A DNA stretch of 20,000 nt from the NCBI GenBank assembly GCA_013265495.1, contig MU057718.1:47261-67260 (forward strand), written 5' to 3'. Under the pieces are notes generated by a model. It saw nothing but the letters and a program-made list of their open reading frames with translations. It searched no databases and was not told the origin of the DNA. The stretch comes from Vicugna vicugna (lineage: Eukaryota). The position numbers were made by a program, and so were the translations under genes. Position 1 is the stretch's first letter. The number at the start of each line of letters is the position of its first letter. Shown here one piece after another: positions 1-13,140 of the stretch.

Positions 1-875
1 AACTGCAGCTTCTGTAGGTTTCCTGGCAGGAGGACATGGCGTCTGCTCACTGCTAGGTGGAGTTTAGGTCTGGCTTTTGGATGGATAGGGCCATGCTTAG
101 TTGCATGTCTAAAGGTGGCTGTGCACTCAGGAAGACTGCTGATAGGTGGGGCTGAGTTCCTACCCAGGTTGTTGTTGGGCCTGAGGCTTCCCAACACTTA
201 AGCCTTCCAGCTGTTGGTTGGGGCTAGGTCTTGGTGTTAATGATTTAAGCAAGATGTCAAGCTCCTAGAAAATTCATGTAGTTGAACACTCCCCAGATAT
301 CTGCCACCAGCTTTTGTGTCCCCAAGGTGAGCCATAGCCACCCCTTTTCTCCTCAGAAGACCTTTCAAATTGAGCAGGCAGGTCTGGCCCAGTTTCCTAC
401 GAAGCCACTGCCTGTGCCCTTGGACATGGTCCATGTGAAATTCTTTGTTCGTGTCTCAAGAGAGTGAAGTCTCTTTTTTCCCCAACCTGTGGAGCTCCTG
501 GAGATAAGCTCTGCTAGCCTTGAAAACCAGATATTCTGGTGTTTCCGTCTTCCAATGCCAAAACCCTGGGCTGGGGAGCCTTATGTGGGGCTCAGAACTC
601 TCACTCCTGTGGAAGGGCCTCTGTAACTTAATTATTCTTCAGCTCATGGGCAGACTATTCAGGGGCTATGGGGCCTGCTTGTATCATGAGCACACCCCTC
701 CTACCATCCCACTAAGAGTCCCTCTTTATGCTTCCAGTTGAAGAGGGTTTTTTTGCTAGGTTTTAGTCTTTTTCTTCCCCCATGGCTGTCTAGTAGTCAG
801 TTGTGCTTTTGTTGTAGTTGTGAGGACAGGTGAGCTGGTGGTCCTACTATTCCACCATCTTGACCGGAAATCTCT
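1..875 (-). mobile_element. LINE-1 5' UTR including the element's 5' end; the element continues off the left edge
   Basis: Reverse complement of 841-872 reads GATTTCCGGTCAAGATGGTGGAATAGTAGGAC, a typical L1 5'-terminal YY1-type (CAAGATGG) motif. 560-700 (ctgggctggggagcc...gggctcagaactctcactcctgtgg) resembles laurasiatherian L1 5' UTRs as I recall them. Confidence 0.75.
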
Positions 876-880
876 GTCCT

Positions 881-3090
<2,210 letters not shown>

Positions 3091-3189
3091 CTTTCCTCTT
3101 TTTAAATTAGCAGTTTTATTTATTTTTCCACAGGACTTTGGTATCATTCATGCTTTCCAAACTCTTCCAAGATTTCTAACAGTAGTTTC

Positions 3190-3440
3190 TGAGGTCACTT
3201 GCTTTTAGACTGAAGCACTTCTATTAGCATTTCTTTTAAGATAAGTCTGCTAGCAATAAATTCTACTTTTTGTTTGTTTTATAAGTTTGGATGTATTAAT
3301 TTTTTTTATTTTTGAAATATGGTTTTGTTGGATTTAAGATTCTTGGTTGAGAGTTTTTAAAGTTTTGCATATGTTTTCCCACTGCCTCCATTGTCTAATG
3401 ATGTGTGAACTGTTATTCTGAATGGGGTTTCCCCCATATG
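3190..3440 (-). mobile_element. Old L1M fragment (ORF1 C-terminal region)
   Basis: agcatttcttttaagataagtctgctagcaataaattct...aagattcttggttga...cccactgcctccattgtctaatgat matches the antisense of ancestral L1M ORF1 3' sequence as recalled. Confidence 0.65.
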
Positions 3441-4342
3441 GAATACAAATTCAACTGTAGCCTGCAGGTGGATCAAAAATAGATGAGAACCTAGGGAAAC
3501 AATTAGTATTAAAAAAAAAAAAGTTGGGAGAGGGTTGTGGGTTAAATATATGTAGGAAAAATGGACTTAATCTGGTAGCAGAAAAACCGTGTCATCCTCA
3601 TTTCTTGGTGCTATATTCTAAATCAGAGAAAAGTGAAAATCTCTGCAGAGGTATTTCTTTTTTTTTCTCACAATCATCTGTCTTTAGTTTTATTTCAAAA
3701 GAGATAGCTATGCAAAATGCTTTTTATGTTTATTTTTCTATCCAAAGTAAGAGTCTTAATTGACTGTTGCTTCTAAACTAACTTCTTACTGATATTCTTA
3801 GACAATCCTTCGAGAAATAAAATTTTCATCACATATTTGTTATTATAGAAAAATCATTATAGTTCTAATTAGTATATAAATGGTTTTCAAAGTTGTCTTC
3901 TTTATAATACAAAATAATTTACTTTTCCCATTAAAATTTTTATTTCAGAAAATATCAAACTGATTAGATCTTTGAAAGGCTTGAACATTATGGCAGCATC
4001 TGTATTTTCCTTTTCCTCACGGGAGACAAGGGGAAGAAGAAATAAAGTGGGCAACAGAGCTTGCTCTTACTTGCATTCTTCTGTGAATGTAACTATAGTC
4101 CTTTCTTTCCCCAAGTCTTTGGTCTTGTCTCCTCTTTCTTCTTTTTTTAAATTGATTGGCTGGTTAGTTATTCAGTGTATTTATGTCAAAATAATTGTTC
4201 CCTTAACTGGAGGGGAAAGAGAAGAATGAAACCATTTATTCATATAACAAGAACTTACAAAACAAGTTTAATAAAATTTTAGTAAAAGTCCAATATGATT
4301 TTTAAAGATGACTATCAGCATTATTCTAAAATACTGAGTATG

Positions 4343-5488
4343 AGCACACGTCTATCAATCATCACTGTAAATGTCAATGGACTAAATGTTCCAATCAAAA
4401 GACACAGAATGGCAGACTGGGTAATGAAACAAGAACTAACAACGTGCTCCCTACAAGAGACCTACTTTAAAGGACATTCATAGAGTGAAAGTGGGAGAAT
4501 GGAAAAAGGTGTTTCATGCAAAATGGAAAAGACAAGAAAGTGAGGGTAGCAATACTCATATCAGACAAGAAAGACTTTAAAACAAAGTCCATAAAAAAGA
4601 TAAAGGACATTATATAATGATCAAAGGAGCAATACAAAATGAAGATATTACACTTATTAACATATTTGCACCCAATATAGGAACACCGAAATGTATAAAA
4701 CAGATACTAACAGACAAACAGGGAGAAATTGATGGGAATGCAATGACAGTAGGAGACTTTAACACCCCATTCACATCATTGGACAGGTATTCCTGACATA
4801 AAATCAATAAGGCAATTGAGATATTAAATTACACAATAGAGCAGTTAGACTAAATTGATATTTTCAGGACATTACATCCCCCCAAAACAAAATACACATT
4901 CTTTTCAAATGCACATGGAACATTCTCTGGGATAGATCACATACTTGGACACAAAAGAAGCCTCAATAAATTTAAGAGGATAGAAATTATTTCAAGCATA
5001 TTTTCTGACCACAATGGCATGAAAATAAAAATCAACCACAGAATGAAAAACGAGGGGAAAAAACACTACATGGAGACTAAACAACATGTTACTAAAAAAA
5101 AAAAAATTAAGTCAATGATGAAATCAAAAAGGAAATTTAAAAAAATACCTTGAGATAAATGAGAATGAAAACACAACCACTAAAATTGCATTGGATGCAG
5201 CAAAATCAGCCCTAAGGTGAAGTTCATAGCAATAGGGTTCTTACACAAAAAACAAGAACAAGCTCAAACCCACCACCTCAAAGAATTAGAAAAAGAACAA
5301 TCAAACAAAACCCAAAGTCAGCAGAGAAAATGGATAACTATCAGGGAGGAAAGAAAGAAAACAGATTAAAAAATAGAAAACATTAATCAAACCAGGAGCT
5401 GGTTTTTTGAAAGAGTAAACAAAATTGACAAACCGCTGGCCAGGCCCACCAAGAAGAAAAGAAAGAGGACACAATAAATAAAATAAAT
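4343..5488 (+). mobile_element. L1 ORF2 endonuclease-region fragment, truncated at both ends and flanked by a candidate 15-bp target-site duplication
   Basis: Translation LSIITVNVNGLNVPIKRHRMADW...CSLQETYF and later VGDFNTPF are L1 APE endonuclease motifs, with multiple frameshifts and stops. The flanks are AAAATACTGAGTATG (4328-4342) and AAAATGTTGAGTATG (5489-5503). Confidence 0.9.
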
Positions 5489-5519
5489 AAAATGTTGAGT
5501 ATGGAAGGAGATAATTTAA

Positions 5520-5740
5520 GCAAGACACATAAAAGCCAGACGATGTAGGTTCTTGTCAGCAATCTGAGTGTGTACTGCCTTTGCTTAAGAAAAGTGAGAA
5601 ATAATGAAATAGTTTTAAGTGAGGAAATAAAATAAGAATTACAATTGAAAAGATCACTCTGTACTATAGAGAATAGATTAAATAGGACAAGAATAAATGG
5701 GAATATAAATAGTTGTGCTCCAGTTTCTTTCCATGACTGT
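5520..5740 (-). mobile_element. Ancient L2-like fragment, strongly AT-eroded
   Basis: gccagacgatgtagg...ttttaagtgagg...aaaagatcactctg...gagaatagatt is colinear with the commonly seen L2 segment (ggccagatcatgtagggcc...aaagatcactctggctgc...gagaatagatt), from recall. Confidence 0.5.
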
Positions 5741-6019
5741 ACCTTCAGCAAATATTGTGAGAGCCACTACCATGGGCTAGACGTTAGCTGGCAATAGAGA
5801 TCGAAGCTACTGTGCCTTTCTTCCAGTTGGGGATATTGATAAACATATTGTTTTAATATTTTCAGATCTCTAACCCAAGACTCTACAATACACCTATTGA
5901 TATAGCTTGCATAGCTTGCTTTGCAGAAAAGATAATTATCATCTGAGTTAGAACTCACTCAGTTTCTCTTTTTTATAGTAAACATTTGTATAATATATGA
6001 TGTGTATATTTGTTATATG

Positions 6020-6110
6020 TAATCTACTAGGTACCAAGCATTCTTCTACACATTGAAAATATATCCTTGAACTAAAGAAGAACCTGTTCTCCTGGACTTC
6101 GTATTAAACT
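6020..6110 (-). mobile_element. L2 3'-end fragment
   Basis: ctactaggtaccaagcattcttcta...gaac...ctcctggacttcgtatt resembles the L2 tactatgtgccaggcactgttcta...ctcatggagcttacatt motif. Confidence 0.45.
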
Positions 6111-6117
6111 TCTACAC

Positions 6118-6735
6118 GTTAAGAAAAAAAGAAAGATAAAATAAATTATACAAATCAGTAATAAAATCAGATATCACAACTGATGTCACAGAAATACTAA
6201 GGATCATTAAAAAGCTGCTATAAAGAATTATACACCAGCAAGTTAATAACCTAGTAGAAAAGGGTAAATTCTTAGCAATGTACAAACTACCTGACTGAAT
6301 CATGAACAAATAGAAAATTTGAACAGATCAAATAGTAGCAAGAAGATTTAATTAATAATCAAAAACCTCATAACAAAGAAAAGTCCAGGACCAAATGACT
6401 TCACTGTTGAATTCTACAAAACAGTTAAAAAAGAATTCCTATCAATCCTTTACAAACTCTTCTAAAAAGTAGAAGAGGTGGGAGCACTTCCCAATTTATT
6501 TTATGAGGCCAGCATTATTTTGATACCAAAAGCAGACAAGAAAAGAAAATTATAGACCAAGATCCTGTTAAACATAGACTCAAAAATCCTCAACAAAATA
6601 TTGGCAAACTGAATTCATCAGTACATTAAAATGATCATACACCATGAGCACGTTGGATTTATTCCAGTGGTACAAGGGTCATCCACTATGTGCAAAATAA
6701 TAAATGTGATACATGGCATTAATAAAATGAATAAA
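6118..6735 (+). mobile_element. L1 ORF2 fragment (linker/Z-domain into the RT N-terminus)
   Basis: Contains aagaaaagtccaggaccaaatgacttcactgttgaattctac (KSPGPDGFT-EFY motif), ttttatgaggccagcatt...gataccaaaagcagacaa and aaaaatcctcaacaaaatattggcaaac (KILNKILAN). Confidence 0.9.
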
Positions 6736-6957
6736 ATAAATTAATAAAAATGAAAGTAAAAACTCTCAACCAAGAATCTTAAGTCCAACAAAACCAAATG
6801 ATAGTCTCTAAATAGAATTCTGTACAATTCTTAAGTGTTATTGCACAAATATTTGAAATATTATAACCTCAAATAATGGCCTCCATTCTCTCCCTCCCCT
6901 TCTCCTTCTGGAACTCTGACTAGATGGTTGTGTTTGGGGGAAAGAAAGACACAACCA

Positions 6958-7815
6958 CTGACTACACCCAGCACCCTGCCCACCATCAGGTGCAACCACC
7001 AACCTGAGCTGAGGGGTCTGCCTGTCCTCACCAGGAGTGCCCGGGGCACCCTGGGGTTCGTCTGGATGAGCAGGAAGCTGGCATCCCGGGGCAGTGGGCA
7101 CGGCCCGCTCTCTGTGGACATCATCAGGCCTGGTGACCAAGGACCGTTCCAAAAAGGAGGCACACTGTGTGAGATGTTTGGTGGAACAGTGCTGCACCGG
7201 CCGACCTCTTGCAGCAGGGAAGCTTCTGGATGCGCCACCAACGGTCAGCCCAGTACTCAGCTCTGAGAAGGGCCAGGGCCCATGGCCCCTACAGGAGCCA
7301 GGCCTGCCAGGAAGGGGGTGAGGTCTCCCCACTCCAGCTTCCCAGAGACGGGACTGGTGACCGGGTCCCCCACGGGCAGGACACAGCATCGCTGGACAGA
7401 GCAAGAGGGACACTGGCAAAACAGGGCAGTGGCCGCAGCCAGCCTGTCCTGTGGCCAGCGGCCTGAGTCACCTTCAGCAGGAGCTCCCCTGCACTGGGCA
7501 GTGGGGTGAGAGGCGAGCCCCGGGAGGAGGGAGCCCGACACCCTGGCTTCCCGGCCCGAGACCCCTGGGCCTCTCCTGTCTTGTCCCTGGATGGGGAGGG
7601 GCAGGCCCCACTGCCGGGTGGTGGCAGGGGAGGGGGGGGCGTGCTACAGCCAGAGGTCACGCCAGGCCTGGCTTGGGAAGCTGTGCATCCTTTCTAAACT
7701 TCTGGAGCCCATGAACTTTCTGCGCTGTTTCTCTTTGGTTTGGGTTTTTGTTGGGAGACTCTGGCTTGGCATGTTTTGGGTTCTTTAGACAATAAAGCAT
7801 CCTTTACCATTCCAT
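6958..7815 (+). pseudogene. IGHG: Orphan 3' UTR of a membrane-form IgG heavy-chain (IGHG M2 exon) transcript; coding exons absent from the window
   Basis: Four blocks are colinear with the human IGHG membrane 3' UTR as I recall it: CCAAAAAGGAGGCA (~7149), GAGAAGGGCCAGGGCCCATGGCCCCTACAGGAGCC (~7266), CCCAGAGACGGGACTGGTGACCGGGTCCCCCACGGGCAGGACACAGC (~7341) and GACAATAAAGCATCCTTT (7788). Its position ~11 kb upstream of I-epsilon fits the normal gamma-epsilon gene order. Confidence 0.7.
7791..7796 (+). terminator. AATAAA polyadenylation signal of the membrane IgG transcript
   Basis: Canonical hexamer preceded by a U-rich stretch (7725-7787), in the context GACAATAAA..ATCCTTT shared with the recalled human IGHG membrane poly(A) site. 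Confidence 0.7.
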
Positions 7816-9291
7816 AGTTCCCTGGGAACCGGTCTGTGCTGCGGCCCCTCCCCTGGTGACTCCACAGCCTGGCCGCCCTCCACACCCGTCCAGCCCCAGG
7901 CCCCAGCTCTCCCCCCACCACACCCATCCCTGGGGTTCCCTGGGGGCGTGGAGTCAGCAGCAAGTCCCAGGGGTCGGACGCCTGGTCAGCACGGCTGCTG
8001 TAACATGCTCCACAGTCGGGTTGGAACCAGAGAAATGATTGTCTCCCGTCCTGGAGCAGCACGTGCCAGGTCAAGGAGCGTGAAGGCCACTGTGCCCACC
8101 AGCTGCCAAGGCTGCAGGGACGGAGTCAGGACTCGGTCCTCCTGGGAGGCCAGACCCTGAGCTCCAGTCCCTCCTGGCGGTTCCATCTCAAAGGAACAGT
8201 CTCAGGTCCCGGGTTGTAGGAGACACAGCACTCCCCAGAGGGCAGACACAGGAGCCACAGCTGTCTGCCCTTCGCAGGAAACCCTCCAGGAAACGGAGGC
8301 CAGCACCTGGTCAGGGTTGGCTCTGCTGGGCGGTCCAGGCCAGCACTTCAGGAGAGCTCAGTCACCCACGGGACGCGGCCCCGGGTGGCTGGACATTGTC
8401 CAGGGGTCTGCGTGAGCCTTTCCGTGTGTCAGGGCAGAGGGGGCAAGATCAATGTGCCGAGTCTGTGGCTCCATGGCCCCAGGGGAGGCCAGCAGGACAG
8501 GCTCCTGGAGGGGAGCTGGGACCAGCACTGTGTCTCTGTCAGTAAAGCCACAGCACCCTAGGGCCATTGGAAAGGGCCATTCCAGCTTCCTGTGGGGACA
8601 GACAGACAGAAAGACAGAGAGACAGAGGAAGACAGAGAGTTTTATGCAGGAAAGGGACAGCTCGCTCCAGTGGGCTGTACAGCAAAGACGGTGAGGCCAT
8701 GGGGCGGGCAGCCGGGTCCAGGAGCATCGCCGGCCCTCAGGGACCCTGCCAGGCGTGAGGACACCGGGCACCCTCTGCCTCGAGGGCTCTATCAGGGCTC
8801 CGGAAACCATCCTGGGGGTCTCCCCCACTCGCAATTTCTGTCACACGGAACACCTAACCAACAGGCTGAACCTGCCAATCGTCCCTGCAGCCTGCCCGGC
8901 CCCAGGCCCTACCCCTCACCTCCATCCCCTGGACCATGGATCTGCCTCCAGCCAGACATTCCCATGGGGACACCAGGACGGTCGATACCGGCTGGCCCCA
9001 CGGGTCCTTGAGGAGCACCAGTCCCAGGACAGCTGCCTCCCACCAGGCCTGAGGACCCCGTCCTGACCCTGGGGCAACACCAGGCCACAGCGCGTCCCCC
9101 ATGCACAACCCCTCCTGGGCCCCTGGAAGCGAAGTGGCCGACGCCTTCCCTTGAGCCCCTGTGTCAGCCCCAGTGTGAGCCTGAGGTCAGCCTCCTGCTG
9201 CTCCTGACCCCTAGGGGCCCTGCCCCGGGCAAGACCTCCGACACACTCCTGTCAGTGTCTCACCTCTCCTACCCGCACCCCCATCCACATC

Positions 9292-9293
<2 letters not shown>

Positions 9294-9335
<42 letters not shown>
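9294..9335. repeat. (AC)21 microsatellite
   Basis: Perfect dinucleotide run. Confidence 0.98.
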
Positions 9336-9337
<2 letters not shown>

Positions 9338-9454
9338 GGCTGCCACCCCACTGCGCTCCTGGGCCCCCACCAGGTCCCCCCTCCTCCCGCACTCCAAGGG
9401 GAACGTCTGTCAGTCTGAGCTTTGGATACCTGGATTGCTGTCCGTGTGCGGTGT

Positions 9455-10126
9455 CCGTGGATGTGGAGAAAAGAAACCCTTGTGCACTGTTGGTGAGAAC
9501 ATAAAATGGCATTACCGTCGTGCAAAACAGTTTGGAAGCCCCTCAAAGAAATTTCAGACACAACTACCACACTTGCAGCAATCTCACTGCTTAGAATAAA
9601 CCCGAGTGAACATACAACAGGTCTTAAAGAGGCACTTGAACACCCATTTCACAGCAACTCCGTTGACAATACCTACCACGAGGCAGGAACTCGAGTGTCC
9701 TTCCGTGGATGGACAGATGAGCACGATGTGGGCTGAGCATACAATGGAACGGTACTGCCGCTGAAGAAAGAAGAATATTGTGACGTGTGTGACAGCACGG
9801 GGGCACCTGGAGGACACCGGAACGCGTACCGTGAGCCTGGGGCAAGACAGTGAATCGTGTGCGATTCCACTTGTGTGAGCGATTAGGAGTGGCCGCATTC
9901 ACAGAAAGAGAAAATACAGAAGTGGCTGCAGCCGGGGCAGAACGGGGGGTTATTGTGTACGGGCATAGGGTTTCACACGTAAAGACGGGGAGAGCTATGG
10001 AGACACAGGTGGTCGTGATTGCACTTTATGAATGTATCTACTGTCCCCAAAACCCGGAGAAAGGGTTAACATGCCACACTTTCTTAGGGGCAAATCCTAT
10101 TCTTTTACCACAGTGAAAAAAAAAAA
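9455..10126 (+). mobile_element. Old L1 (L1MB-like) 3' end: ORF2 C-terminus, 3' UTR and A tail
   Basis: ggatgtggagaaaagaaaccct...cactgttggtgag...aaaacagtttgg...gcaatctcactgc...atacaatggaac...gattccacttgtgtga...ttttaccacagtg followed by an A run ending at 10126. Confidence 0.85.
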
Positions 10127-10134
10127 GCCTTTTA

Positions 10135-10800
10135 AGCAGGAGAAATCCAACCCATGAAGTAAAATCTGAAAGCCTTCAGGAAGACCTGGAGCCTGTGTCT
10201 CTCCCTGTGGAAGAAACCGGTGGCAGCAGGATGGAGCTGCACACCTGACTGGCCCAGGGCTGGACGCCCTGTGGAGGCCGGCGGGCGCCGGAGGAGCAGC
10301 TTCTCCACACTGACAGCGTGAGGGTGCAGGTCAGAGACAACGTGCACGGCTGTAGCAGGGCCCCCCAGCCAAGGGACTGCTCCTTCAGTTTGCTCTCCAA
10401 CAGGGGTAAACTTCTCTTCTGGACAACCCTAACCTAGAGACACACGAAGGGAAGGGAACGCTAAGAAAGCTGCTCACGGCTTAGCTAACCTGACGTAGAA
10501 CAAGAACAGCACAACCCACTGCTTGTCGGCCACCGTGGACCACGTTAAGCTTCCCGATTGAAAGACAGCAACACACTTTGTGTTTCCACCTAATGCAGGG
10601 AAACTATCTCAGATATAATATAAAATTGCCAGCCCTCCTCCAAGAAAGGCCAGAACTCCCATTGACCATCTTACGTAACTTCGGCTGATGATCATTTCTC
10701 GCGTTGATGAATAACCTCCGTCTTGGGTGTCCTGCAGCTCGTATGCTGAGGTATGTAGCATCGCCACTAACACGTCTTACGTCAGACGGTAGGGGGTGGG
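10135..10800 (-). mobile_element. ERVL-class LTR plus adjacent internal-sequence remnant
   Basis: caaccctaacctagagacacacgaagggaaggg...gcttagctaacctgac (10425-10495), followed by ccactgcttgtc...aaagacagcaac...ttccacctaa...actatc, resembles the antisense ERVL LTR/internal boundary. Boundaries are approximate. Confidence 0.45.
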
Positions 10801-10824
10801 GGTGGACGGAACAGGTTGGTTATG

Positions 10825-12505
10825 AGAGGAGGAGACGGAGACGGTGGAGTAGAAGGACACAGAGCACATTCACATTACATCTACATGTGGACCACGTCTC
10901 ACTGGAGAAAAATGGAGACTGGCAGAGAGACTCCTGTACAGCCAAGGCGCTGAAGAAAGGTCCACGAGGAGTCACGTAGGGTGGGAAGAGAGGTACTCGG
11001 TTTGGAACGCAGCCTCGAGGAGGGGACCCGGGCCAGGGAGACACGTCATGGGCCCGGAGGTCTTCCCTGGGGAGTGGGCAGCTTGAGAGCGTTAGTAATA
11101 TGAATGCTAACCAAGTTAGGGAAAAGAACAGATGAAAACAATTTGAACCTTTACAGGGACCTGGAAAATATGAAAAGAGAACCACTCACCGGAGGGGTAC
11201 AGTAGCTAAAACTTAAAACACTGGAAGGGGCGAACAGGAGACTAGGTGACACCGGAGACCCCACGTGACGTGGAAGACAGAACCATGGGAATTACCCAGT
11301 CAGAACTACAAAAGGAAGAACAACTCTTTTAAAATTGAGAGCACTTTGAGGAATCTATGGAAGTACACAACTGTCGTAACATTGGCATGATCGGGGTCCC
11401 AGAAGCAGAAGAGAGGGAGAAAAAAGCTGAAAATGTACTTTATGAAATTATGGCAAAAACTCACCAACCATGAAGAAAGAGAGACATTTCCAGGCGTAGG
11501 AATCACACAGTCCCAAACAAACAGAACCGAGAGAGACCCACACCAAGACACGTCTCAATTAAATTGGCAAAAGTTAAGGATAAAGAGAGAACTCTGAAGA
11601 CAGAAAGAGAACAACAGAGTCACGTACAAGGAACTGCCCCAAAGTTAGCAGTTGATTTTTCTGCAGAAACTCTGCAGACCAGACGGGAGAGGCATGATCT
11701 ATACAAATGTTGAATTGAAAAAACCTACAACCTAGGAGATGTCACCCCGCAAGATTGTCGTGCAGACCTGAAGGAGAGACAAGAACTTCTCAGGCAAGCA
11801 AACCCTGGAGCAGTTCATCAGCCCTCAGAGACATGTCAAAGGTCTTCCTGGAGGGGAACACACAGGCTATTGCAAGACGCAAGAATTTACAGCAAAGGCA
11901 AATCCCACTAAAAGGCAAATTAAAGCCTGAGGGTCATCAACTAAATAAGCAAAAGATCAAAAGATCAAATACGTAAGATGAACTGTGACTGCACTAAACA
12001 GCAGTTCACAGGGAGAAGTAAAATATGACATCAAAAAAATGGGGGGGTCACAGAGGGAACTAAAGAAAAAACAGACACGTGAAAAGCTGCTCACATTCCT
12101 AATCATTAGGGAAATGTAAATCAAAACCAAATGAGATGTCACCACAAAGACTACAGGTAAGAAATACTGGTGAAGAGATGGGGTAGACGGAACCCTGGTC
12201 GCTGTTCGCAGGAGTGCAAGTTGGTGCAGCCTCTGGGGAAAACAGTGAGGAATTCCCTCAAGAAAACTAAAGATACAACTATCACACGGTCCAGCAATTC
12301 CACTCCCGCCTGTACATCCGAAGGAAACAAAAACAAGAGCTTGAAAAGATACATGCACCCCAAGGTACATAGCAACTGTATGAACAAGAGTCAGCATACG
12401 GAAGCAACACAAGGGTCTGTCGGCAGAAAAATGGATAAAGGCGGTACGATGTCTACACACGACGGAATAACGCCCAGCCGAGCAGAAGAATGCAATTCTG
12501 CCATC
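10825..12505 (+). mobile_element. Degenerate L1: 5' UTR, ORF1, inter-ORF, then directly the ORF2 C-terminus
   Basis: 5' end gagacggtggagtagaaggac (aagatggcggagtagaaggac-like). ORF1 motifs atcggggtcccagaagcagaagagag (IGVPEAEE), agacccacaccaagacac (RPTPRH) and gatttttctgcagaaac (DFSAET). From ~12075 the ORF2 3' sequence follows (atcattagggaaatgtaaatcaaaacc...aagttggtgcagcc...ccagcaattccactcc...aaagatacatgcacccc). Confidence 0.85.
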
Positions 12506-12914
12506 CCCGCCTTTACTTGGCGCTCACTGAAGCAGACATCCACCGCAGGACACTGCACCTTCACAGCACCCTGACTGGCACCAGCCGGAGTGGCCCAGCT
12601 GCGGGGACACGTGAGACCGACGGCATAAGGACCTCATATGTCTTTGTGCTCACACCTCCCCGAGAGGCGGGGCCTTGCCTCAGCCTCACCCCGGGGAATC
12701 CAGGGCCCTGGACCAGACAGCCTGCAGTCCCTGCCTGTGCAGAGGGCGCCAGGACTTGCGTGTACGATTTCGGCCCCTCTGCCCTTGCTGCCTGTGAGAG
12801 GCTCCTGGGTGCCCTCTCCTCTCACTCCTTTCCTCAGGGACTGGCTGCCAGACACATCCCTGCAGCCTGGGGTGTTGGGAGAGACAGAAGCCCTGGAAGT
12901 TCTGCGAAGGTGCC

Positions 12915-13140
12915 ACCCATTTATCTACCAGACAACTGCTTACCAGGTGGCAACTCCACCATCACCACTGGACACTGAGTACATGTGGGGCCCGAGATAG
13001 ACGGGGCCTCTGCCCTCAAGGAAGTTAGAGAACAGGGCAAGGGCAGACACTAAGTAAATCAGCCCACAGCTATGTGAGGACCATCAGGATAAGAGCTGGG
13101 AATGCACAGCGTGGGGCTGTGAGGCTGCTCAGTGCAAGAA
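12915..13140 (-). mobile_element. L2 3'-end fragment
   Basis: catttat...gagatagacggggcctctgccctcaagga...ggcagacactaagtaaat matches the L2 3'-end pattern. Confidence 0.5.

Noticed and set aside
4343..6735. One L1 ORF2 interrupted by a 600-bp insertion
   Set aside because: The first piece has its own TSD, the intervening DNA holds older L2 relics, and the two pieces overlap slightly in L1 coordinates. They are probably independent insertions.
6928..7321. ORFs ending ...NGQPSTQL or containing CVRCLVEQCC as a possible novel exon; DYT at ~6960 as an Ig-tail tyrosine motif
   Set aside because: The region is better explained as IGHG 3' UTR. DYTQHPA lacks the rest of an IgG/IgE M2 exon and has no preceding transmembrane exon.
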